This document shows positions 13,891 to 24,430 of a stretch of DNA of 64,000 bases, one piece after another. The stretch comes from Laetmonice hystrix (lineage: Eukaryota): assembly GCA_965235115.1 (NCBI GenBank), contig OZ249442.1:13888001-13952000 (forward strand), given 5' to 3'. The notes beneath the pieces were generated by a model, which saw only the letters and a list, made by a program, of their open reading frames with translations, was not told the DNA's origin and searched no databases. Within the stretch, counting starts at the first letter, position 1, and the number at the start of each line of letters is the position of its first letter. Made by a program: the position numbers and the translations under genes.

Positions 13891-16684
13891 ACACACACCC
13901 ACACCCCTATGGGCCTCCATTCGCGTACATCTCCCACACCTCGTTGCCTGGTGTCCCGCACACATCACACGTGCCCAGATACATGCATGCCTCGCCGCCC
14001 GTCAGGAGAAGAAACCAGACAACATACACTTGTACTTCCCGTCATCCCAGAACGCGCGCTGCCGACCGCAGTGAACACTTGGTAACAGATGGGACAGACG
14101 AGGCACACATCAAAGTACCGCCGCACGCACTTGCCGGGACTTAATCACCCGTGGTAGCCGGGATTAACCGACGCTTAACCTCGCTTTAACTTTGACCGCG
14201 CGTCCCGCGGCGGGGCGCTGTTGTGCTTCTGCTGAACACGTTATATGAACGAGCCAGAATCATGTGACGATCATCCTGAAGGAAGGTTTGCGTCATCTTG
14301 TGATTAAACTATGGTAGATAACTTAGAGAGAGAGATACATGCGACAGGAAGGAAGTCTGTAGAGTTTGACATCGACCTGTAGGCAGATGACCAGTTAAAA
14401 TGGCGCGCAGACAGACCTATTATGATTAATTTGAATAATTTCTACGATATGATTAATAAATGTCTCATGATCCTTATATGATAATCATGGATATAATAAG
14501 CCTATAGATAGGAAAAATCTTTGACAAACCGACATTTAAGTTTTTCTCAAAATACCAGCATATCTGTTTCCCTTTAAGTATTTATTTTGGGGAGAGATCG
14601 CGTAACATCTTGATGTTCCTTGGGGCGACATACAGATGGCCGTCTAAAGTAAACAGCTCATTTGAAGTTTGGCTCGTGCCTTGAACACGCGCGCCTCCCA
14701 AATACCAAAACTTGCTCGAGGATCAATTCCATGAGAACAAGTAGGATGAAGGATGAAAGGTTCCTTCAGAACTCGTGCCAAACCTTCACCGAATAAGTAT
14801 ACACACTGTTTTTACAAATGGCGCGGGGTGTGGGGCTATATTTCGCCGCCCTCACCCCGTTCCTCACCCCCACCACCCGGCCCCAGGGACGTGGTCTCCC
14901 TGAGTGGGGGGCCGCTGGACCCTCCATGCACCGCCCGGCCTCCATGGACTTGGCGCCGGGCCGAGGCGGCCTTGGCACCCGGGTTTGCCACTTACAGCCC
15001 TCGTAATTAGATCGGCCACAACCGCAACAGGTGCGCGGTACTGGAGGCCGCCCTGGAGCCGCTCGGTGCTACCGGCTGTCTCTCCAGGGCTTGAACGAAA
15101 ACAAGCAACTTCATGGTATAGCGTTATACTCAAGGGGAGGGTGAGGCCTCGTGTATACCTACACGCTTTTTTCTTTAAGATTATTCACCTGCTTCTGCTA
15201 CAGAAACAAAGTATGTGTATAGGAAGAGAACTCCTAAAATCAAAACAAAAGTAACTTGGGGATGACTTAGTCATGATTTACGCTCTAGTTGTAACATTAT
15301 AATATTATCTTTCGATTGAAGAGCTATATATCAAGTTTTCTTTGAATCCTGTGTGGTGATAACCGCATTATAGAGTATACGGTTCTGCGGCTATATAAGG
15401 ATATGCTTCCATCATTGTTCAAAATATGAACAGAGGTCCTTTTGTCAAAGAATAAATTGCATGAATATGTTGTTTATATTCAAGGTTGAATGAGATATAT
15501 TTGTTTTTACGGAGTTCAAGAAAGAAGCAATATATGCATTTATTAAATCATGTTCCGCAATTTCACATTTATCATATTCACCAGATACGGCATATTATGG
15601 ACACGCTTTATTAACCTACTATATGAACATAATTTGCTGTTCTCCCGCATGATTGTTTACATGTATGTGCATGCACAACTCCATGAAATTTAATGAATAT
15701 AGCAGTTTCATTTAAGTTATACATATCCAAACGATAATGTACAGTTAGCTCTACGCTCCGATTAACATTATATTTCAATCATTTTACTTTTCGTCAAACG
15801 TAAACCTCATAATTGGCAGTAAATGACATGTTATGTTTGGAACCCCATCAGGAAATCGCTTCAGATATAGGAAGTCTATGTTTGTTTTCCTTGGACTTAC
15901 TTCACGTTTTCTGTAGGCAGCTGAACAATCTAACGGAATAGTTGAGCGTGAAATTTCTCACATGAAAGCGAGTCCCTAACGCTGCTGAAAAAATGACCAA
16001 AACAAAAGACCAATCGGAATTTCTTTTCTTTGTAATTCCTTTAATCTCCTGCGTTTTCTTTTCCCCCTTTGAGAATAATTACCTGAAGTTGTATGTAAGG
16101 CTCGGCGGGAGATTCTGACGACACACCAGAAACCTGTACCGACGTTTGTATATACACAAGCTTTGATCTCTGTTCGACCTGAACGATGGTGATCCTGGGG
16201 CATGTCTTGGGTTGAAAAGTTCATCAAATTTCTGTTTTATCTGTCCCTGCGGTCGGGTATTCTATAGTTTGTTTCAACATGGTACTTGCACAAGGAAATG
16301 GCGGGTGGGACGCAATCAAAGACGTCAGCCCGCGTACTGTTGGCGGGTGTTCCCTTTGCCGCTCAACCAATCGGAAAACGTATTTACCCGCTAAGAATCG
16401 CAATTCAATTACAGTTGTAAGTTAAATCGCTTTCAACATTTCACGCCTTGAACTCCTTTACTGGGACACCTGTTGGGACACACAGGCTTCAGAGAGAACA
16501 CCTTGCGCTTTTGATTTTGCGGCGAGGTTCTTTCTGTATACTATATGTTCTGGGGTCGGTTTGCGGTTCTTGCAGCTCGCCAAAGATAAATACACTACAA
16601 GTGGTTTGCACTCAGATAGGCGGGCCTCACAGTGGCACTTGTGAGAGATTAGCGGATAAAGGTTGACAATAGGCATGTAAGAAA

Positions 16685-16690
16685 TTTAAT
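16685..16690 (-). terminator. Candidate polyadenylation signal of snail-a (ATTAAA)
   Basis: First poly(A)-type hexamer I found on the minus strand after the stop (about 600 nt); no transcript evidence. Confidence 0.3.
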
Positions 16691-17284
16691 ACCTCTAATA
16701 CGTTATATTCTGGTAGTAAGCTTTGACATGAGTGTTTTTTATGTAGACACTTGTAGATGACGAAAAGGTATACGTTATGGGAGTAGTCAAGTGAAACACT
16801 TTGTGGCAAGGGGATAATACTCATTTAACCTCTGCCACGAACACACTTCAAGTACCATTCTCCAGTCAGACTTAACACCGACAGTGTATAGATCAGATTA
16901 ATTTATCACATTTTCCCATGGGAAACATATTCGGAAGACAAGCGAGCCCTGTTTTTGGCAGGAGGTTCAGAAAATGGACATCATGATCAATCAGCAGCCT
17001 GCTTCCCCATTCAGAAACTGAGCAAGCGTATATTTCACGCATATATATTCTCCATTCATGCCAGCCCCGGTAAATGCCAGAAATATTTTTAAAAACATGT
17101 ACATTAAATAATACTGAATTATGGCTGATATATATAAGAAATGATTTGACGACAAGTTCATAGTCAGACTAAACAGCACACGATTTGGCAAGACATTGCA
17201 TAGCATCAATATAAGGAAATATAATAGCAATATTCCGCAGATAATAAAATATATAAGGAAAAACTACTTAATTATTTTGCGTTC

Positions 17285-18687
17285 TTATGCTATGCTGCCT
17301 GAGCAACCGCCATCCTGATGCTTCAGCAGTAGGGACATTCTTGAAAAAGTTTTCGTGCAAGCTCTGCAATTATATTTCTTAATGTCTGTGTGTGTCTGAA
17401 GGTGAGCGCGCAGGTTGGAGCGGTCAGCAAACGATCGTCCACAGTGAGCGCACTGGAAAGGTTTCTCTCCTGTGTGCGTACGTATGTGACCTTGGAGTAA
17501 CCAAGGTCGCGAGAAGGCCTTGCCGCACAACTGACATTTACACGGCAACGTGTGCGTGCGGATGTGCATCTTGAGCGCGCCCAGGCTCACGTACGTCTTT
17601 TCGCAGTATTTACAACTGAACTGTTTCTTGACTTGCGACACGCAGTGAAATTGCTTGTGCTTGGAGAGCCCGCTGAAGGTGGCGTAACTCTTGTTACACG
17701 CCTCACACTGATACCTGGGAGGGTTCATTGTTCTCCTACTGGGTGCTTCCCTCGCCAGGTCCATGTTTAGGATCCTCATGGCCGTGTCGGCGCTGTTACC
17801 AACATTCCATGGTAAACTCGACCTCTTCTCCGGCCTCGTCTTCTCAAGCGACGCGTCGCTTTGATGTAACGCCGCCTTTTTAATACCAAGATCTAGCGGG
17901 ATTGGGTGATCAGGAAATACCGCGAACTTCGCCGGAGCGAATGGTCGTTCAATAGACGCGATCTTTCGCCTCGCGATCGATGCCGAAGAGTTGGCGCCGC
18001 CGCCATGGAGGGCGTCCGTCGTACGGGGGCGTCTCATGGGGGTGAGGGACTGGAGGAAACGGGGCGTGTGTGGGGACACGGGAGGAGGAACATGAGGAGG
18101 AGGGGGAGGAGGGGAGCGCTGGGGGAGGTGGGAGACAGCTGGGACAAGTCCAGTGAAGGCACCAGCCCTGCCCGGTGCCGGTCTGTACACGTGCGGCCGG
18201 TGCGGGTAGGGGACGGCGCCGTGGTGCCCCACACCGCGGGTATCGGACTGGCCCGGGTAGAGATCCACTCGGCCGTGCATTGCACGTGTGAACGGGTGGT
18301 AGACGGCGGGCATGTGTCTGGTGGCGTGGTGTATGTGGGCCTGCTGGAGCTGGTGGAAGCTGAGCGCCAGGAAGGGATGAGGGGAACACATCGACTGGGG
18401 AGACAAGTCCCTTCTCTTGGCTACCTGTAGTCGTCTCTTCACCTCGGCTTGACCCCTCATGGCGTCCGCCCACAGCCTCGTCCCTTTCTGGGGTTTCATC
18501 AGCCCCGGGGTGTGTGTAGGGGGTAGTGAAGGGGCTGGTCGTGGCACCCTGATACCGACGGAGAGCTCACACGTCCCGGGAGTGGTAGGATTGACCGCCG
18601 GCGTGGCTCCGTTAGAAGGCGGGGTCGGCTCGCCCACACACCCGCCCCCTACACACGACACGCCCTCACTGACCACTGCCGTGGGAC
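17285..18687 (-). CDS. snail: Snail-family C2H2 zinc-finger transcription factor, paralog a, exon 2 (Pro/His-rich region plus 5 zinc fingers)
   Basis: ORF ends [25 protein letters not shown]...[64 protein letters not shown], the Snail (not Scratch) finger array with a terminal CCHC finger. Acceptor aatatatttccag|GT at 18688/18687 is in phase with exon 1. TAA stop at 17287-17285. Confidence 0.96.
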
Positions 18688-21535
18688 CTGGAAATATATT
18701 GCTGGAAATTATGTCATCATCAGCATTCTTCTGGTATGATTATTTATGATATAAAATAATGTCCATGATGCACATTTAATATTCAGGATCACATATAGTC
18801 ATGGCACTGAAGGAATCATGCTCTCATTATATTCGTGTGCCATTATCTCAATGATATTGTTAACATGCAGCTGTTTAAAAATTCACAAAAACAGAGGAAC
18901 CCCTCCAGGATGACCCGAACCCTGTAACTGTCAGTGCACCATCAGATACGATGACCCGAACCCGCAGTCATTGCACCCTATACGATAACCTGAACCCTAA
19001 CTGTCATTGCACCCTATACGATAACCTGAACCCTAACTGTCATTGCACCCTATACGGCAACCTGAACCCTACTGCCATTGCACCCTATACGATAACCTGA
19101 ACTCTAACTGTCATTGCACCCTATACGATAACCTTAACCCTACTGTCATTGCACCCTATACGATAACCTGAACCCTAACTGTCATTGCACCCTATACGGC
19201 AACCTGAACCCTACTGCCATTGCACCCTATACGATAACCTTAACCCTACTGTCATTGCACCCTATACGATAACCTGAACCCTAACTGTCATTGCACCCTA
19301 TACGGCAACCTGAACCCTACTGTCATTGCACCCTATACGATAACCTGAACCCTAACTGTCATTGCACCCTATACGGCAACCTGAACCCTACTGCCATTGC
19401 ACCCTATACGATAACCTGAACTCTAACTGTCATTGCACCCTATACGATAACCTTAACCCTACTGTCATTGCACCCTATACGATAACCTGAACTCTAACTG
19501 TCATTGCACCCTATACGATAACCTGAATACTAACTGTCATTGCACCCTATACGATAACCTGAACCCTAACTGTCATTGCACCCTATACGGCAACCTGAAC
19601 CCTAACTGTCATTGCACCCTATACGATAACCTTAACCCTACTGTCATTGCACCCTATACGGCAACCTGAATCCTAACTGTCATTGCACCCTATACGATAA
19701 CCTGAATCCTAACTGTCATTGCACCCTATACGGTAACCTGAACCCTAACTGTCATTGCACCCTATACGATAACCTGAACCCTACTGTCATTGCACCCTAT
19801 ACGATAACCTGAACCCTAACTGTCATTGCACCCTATACGATAACCTGAACCCTACTGTCATTGCACCCTATACGATAACCTGAATCCTAACTGTCATTGC
19901 ACCCTATACGATAACCTGAATCCTAACTGTCATTGCACCCTATACGATAACCTGAACCCTACTGTCATTGCACCCTATACGATAACCTGAACCCACAGTC
20001 ACCCTCTACGATAATCTGAACCCTACTGTCATTGCACCCTCTACGATAACCTGAACCCTACTGTCATTGCACCCTATACGATAACCTGAATCCTAACTGT
20101 CATTGCACCCTATACGATAACCTGAATCCTAACTGTCATTGCACCCTATACGATAACCTGAACCCACAGTCACCCTATACGATAACCTGAATCCTAACTG
20201 TCATTGCACCCTATACGATAACCTGAACCCTACTGTCATTGCACCCTATACGATAACCTGAACCCTACTGTCATTGCACCCTATACGATAACCTGAACCC
20301 TACTGTCATTGCACCCTATACGTCAACCTGAACCCTACTGTCATTGCACCCTATACGATAACCTGAACCCTAACTGTCATTGCACCCTATACGATAACCT
20401 GAACCCTACTGTCATTGCACCCTATACGATAACCTGAACCCTACTGTCATTGCACCCTATACGATAACCTGAATCCTAACTGTCATTGCACCCTATACGA
20501 TAACCTGAATCCTACTGTCATTGCACCCTATACGATAACCTGAACCCTAACTGTCATTGCACCCTATACGGCAACCTGAACCCTACTGCCATTGCACCCT
20601 ATACGATAACCCGAACCCTACTGTCATTGCACCCTATACGGCAACCTGAACCCTACTGTCATTGCACCCTATACGATAACCTGAACCCACAGTCACCCTC
20701 TACGATAATCTGAACCCTACTGTCATTGCACCCTATACGATAACCTGAACCCTACTGTCATTGCACCCTATACGATAACCTGAACCCTAACTGTCATTGC
20801 ACCCTATACGATAACCTTAACCCTACTGTCATTGCACCCTATACGATAACCTGAACCCTAACTGTCATTGCACCCTATACGATAACCTGAACCCTAACTG
20901 TCATTGCACCCTATACGATAACCTGAACCCTAACTGTCATTGCACCCTATACGATAACCTGAACCCTAACTGTCATTGCACCCTATACGGTAACCTGAAC
21001 CCTACTGTCATTGCACCCTATACGATAACCTGAACCCTACTGTCATTGCACCCTATACGATAACCTGAACCCTAACTGTCATTGCACCCTATACGATAAC
21101 CTGAACCCTAACTGTCATTGCACCCTATACGATAACCTGAACCCACAGTCATTGCACCCTCTACGATAATCTGAACCCTACTGTCATTGCACCCTATACG
21201 ATAACCTGAACCCTACTGTCATTGCACCCTATACGATAACCTGAACCCTACTGTCATTGCACCCTATACGATAACCTGAACCCTACTGTCATTGCACCCT
21301 ATACGATAACCTGAACCCTAACTGTCATTGCACCCTGTACGACAACCTGAACCCCACTGTCATTGCACCCTATACGATAACCTGAACCCACAGTCACCCT
21401 CTACGATAATCTGAACCCTACTGTCATTGCACCCTATACGATAACCTGAACCCTAACTGTCATTGCCGCCTCCAGGGAATACGATAACTCAAACCCGAAC
21501 TGTTAGTGAACCCTCCAGGTATAACACGAACCCAC
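18688..21535 (-). other. Phase-1 GT-AG intron of snail-a (2848 bp)
   Basis: Canonical donor and acceptor restore one continuous SNAG-to-zinc-finger frame. Confidence 0.88.
18955..21462. repeat. Intronic minisatellite, 35/36-bp unit, about 70 copies
   Basis: Unit cattgcaccctatacgataacctgaaccct(a)actgt. Confidence 0.97.
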
Positions 21536-21674
21536 CTGTGTCCTTTGTACCGGCCACGTCTTCCTCCTGTGTAACCGACTGGTCACCCGACCTGGAGTCA
21601 CCTACTGGAGGTGGAATCCTCCTGGTTGTGCTTCCACCCCGTCCCTTGTTTTTGATCAAGAACGCCCGCGGCAT
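21536..21674 (-). CDS. snail: Snail paralog a, exon 1 (SNAG domain)
   Basis: Starts MPRAFLIKNK (SNAG). Donor ACAG|gtgggt after 46 codons + 1 nt (phase 1) joins exon 2 in frame as G|GT, giving 513 aa. Confidence 0.93.
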
Positions 21675-22150
21675 CCTCTAATCGTTAATCCTGGATTGAA
21701 ATCGTTAATCCGCGTCCTCCTGTCCTCTAATCGCGCCACAGTTCCCCCCGGTCGCTCCGACTGGGACTGACTCCTCCACGGCTGCTGATGCTGCTCCTGC
21801 CGCCGTCTGACTCAGCCAGCCGCCGGACTCACCGCCTCCTGAGCATCCTCATCACCACCACCACCACCATGCAGCATCCTCTGCTCCTGCTGCTGTCAGA
21901 TCTGTCCATGGCCAACGATGTAGGCCAGGCGTTCGACCACCAACCCTTAATCTGGTCTATTGTATGCAGTGACTGTATATGATAGCAGTGTCGGTGCCGC
22001 CGGCAGGTAGAGAATTATGATCATACACAATGTGGGGGAGTCTGTGGGCAGGTTTGGTGGACCTCTAAGACCTCTGTGTGATTCCTATACGGTCCGGCTC
22101 AGTGTCTCATTCACAGCTGTCCATGTACACAGTGGGAGGTGGTGATATCG

Positions 22151-22158
22151 TATATATA
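22151..22158 (-). promoter_or_regulatory. Candidate TATA box of snail-a
   Basis: TATATATA about 480 bp upstream of the ATG, with an Inr-like CCACT about 25 nt downstream; inferred only. Confidence 0.3.
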
Positions 22159-22299
22159 CACCGCCACATATCCCGGATCAACGGCTCTCATGTATCACTG
22201 CAGCTAGATAGACAGGCGGGAGCCGTACCCACTCCAACAAGATGATATCCCTCAGGGGGTGTGGCTGTATACCTGAGATGTATACATCCACACCTATGT

Positions 22300-24430
22300 A
22301 TGCAACCCCTACCCACCACGTGCCAGGCGCAGGTGTATATGTTAATTAGATCCTTGGCGCGGACCAATGCGAGCGTGGGATCCGAACCCGATCCCGCCCT
22401 CTCTCTGTCGGCAAGGAGTGACGGAACGCCCGCTGGGAGCGTGGGGAGGATGGGGTGGGGGAGAGAGGGGGCTGGGGAGGCCGGGTGGATCCAACTCTCC
22501 ACACACCGGGTCTCATCGGCTCGAGTTACACAGTCCACTTTGAACTGCACCTCACATAACCCCTGCGAAAGCAGGTGCTTCAAAAGAGCGCAATATTTAC
22601 CCTTTCCAGGCGCGCGGCTCAGTCAATTACCCCTGTGAAGTGTAACCGGGTAATTACAACAGAGCATTTATTTCGGCCCCCGCCTGAGAATCGGCAATCA
22701 AAGCGGGAGAACGGGTGCAGACTGCGGGGCCGGGCGCTCGCTGTGAGAGACGGCAACATGTGTACAAACAGGCCTGGTGGGGCCATACCGACGGCTCGCT
22801 TTGAACGGGACGAGTAAAAAGGGTTGTGAGCTTCAACTAAAACATTTTAACGTGAGAAGAAACCCCATTCACTGCCCACATGGGTGTCCCACTTATAGAG
22901 ATATGCCACCCTGACGATCGCAAGGCTCAAAGTCGGCGTCGTAAAGTTGTAGAATTGTGTTTCCGTCGAGACTGCTCAACATCAACCGTTATTTTAGGTT
23001 GTCGTCTTATTTTTTTATCCCCATCAATTGATTCCAACAATGTTTTGAAACCGGAAACATTTACATTATATAATTTTTCTATCGTCATGACCTTTTGGAT
23101 GTGTCGAAAAAATTGACTTGCTTGAAAACAATGTTCAAATGAGTCGGAAATTGTGATTTGCTGTATCTTACAATCGAACTTCCTGTCCTGTTTTTAAGAT
23201 GGTCAGGCCTGTTTTTTTGCGGACACAACTTACATCATCGTACGTACTCAGAATAGGAATACGACATGTCTACCTGTTTTCAGGTACAGACTTTGAAAAA
23301 GGGTCTGCAAGGTGTTTTGCGAAGACTGATTCGGCAAGGCCTGGGGTGCTATCGAAGTGTGGTTATCGACAATTCGTTCATATAATGCCTGGAGGGTCGA
23401 TACATCTGCATGCTAAGATTGCGCTGATTGGACGCTTCCTGCAAGTGTCGAGCCAAGATAAGAAAACTGGAGCCCCCTCTGGTCGGGTCACGTGATGCGG
23501 TCGGTCGGGTCTGTCACGTGACCCCAGGCACTCTCTGCGCATGCCCGCAGGTGGGGCCCGTGCGTCATGAAGGGGGCCCTTCCACGATACACTCACATCA
23601 TAATGACAAGTATAGGTAGTATGGAATTCCAACACAGGCCGAGGGGGCGGTTCTATGTTGAAACATTAGAGCACCCCTACCCATATCCACAAGTCGAATG
23701 AAATGAATCCAACTTTGAAAGCACGGAAGCCATTAATTGATTATTAATTGGATTCAACGCCTTCGACGGACAGCTGAGACATCAAAGGGTGCCGACAGGT
23801 AGACCGTATGCAAATGAGGTTTGGATGAGAGAAAGGCGTGTATGAGTATCAAAGGTAAAACTGATCAGTTAGAAATGTGCAGGTGTTCAATGAAAGTAAA
23901 TTATTAAATCGCTAACGCGACGTAGAGATTTGTGATCACGTGCGGCCTGAGCAGACGACAATCGTCCTCATTTGCATATGACGCGACGTCATGAATACGT
24001 GATTATTCATTCGGTTTCCCCCAGCGTATCATAGGTGCGCTTGTCCGATATTGTGACTATGAAAGCTATACAGTAACTACCATATAATCGCTCAATTAGT
24101 TACAGCCAATAAACTTTGAAGGTTTTCTTTGAAGTGTGTGGGTTGTATCTGGATGTCGGCCCCAAAGTTCTCAGGTTGTTAAAACGATATTAACTTTCTA
24201 ACTACCCCGAAACGATCCACACTGCGCACGTAATGACTACTTCGCTCGGCGATAAACGCTTCAAACCGCTACAAAGCAAGAGAAGTATATAAGTGGAAAT
24301 CGGTGCTAATTGATAAGGGGGCTGTGAAGGTGTCCACACACCCCAAGCTGGCCCTGTTGTAAGGAGCGGTATACCTGCCTGTCATTACTAACACCACGTC
24401 GCCGAGCAGCGCCACCTAGCGCTCTCTATT
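22300..24430. promoter_or_regulatory. Candidate proximal enhancer region of snail-a
   Basis: 4 GCAGGTG, 9 CTTTG(A/T)(A/T), CGTGAGAA (22851), two octamers, CACGTG boxes and a CTCF-like motif within about 2 kb. Confidence 0.5.
24409..24422 (-). promoter_or_regulatory. CTCF-like motif
   Basis: gcgctaggtggcgc on minus strand, 12/14. Confidence 0.5.

Noticed and set aside
17150-17260. A mir-31 gene on the plus strand
   Set aside because: No complementary star arm, so no pre-miRNA hairpin; better read as a target site on the minus-strand mRNA.
17392-17574. Near-identical plus-strand 60-aa ORFs here and at 43720-43902
   Set aside because: Antisense shadows of the zinc-finger codons; similarity follows from the conversion tract.
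17285-18687. Scratch rather than Snail identity
   Set aside because: Finger 1 ([16 protein letters not shown]) and finger 5 (FSRMSLL) are Snail/Slug-type; no Scratch-type ATSSNLSRH.
18955-21462. Interstitial telomeric repeat (CCCTAA in the unit)
   Set aside because: Single hexamer in only some 36-bp units, never tandem.
21832-21909. Alternative SNAG-less first exon spliced from the GTGAGT donor to exon 2
   Set aside because: Donor is phase 2 in the uORF frame while exon 2 needs phase 1, and the compatible frame has a stop six codons upstream with no ATG.
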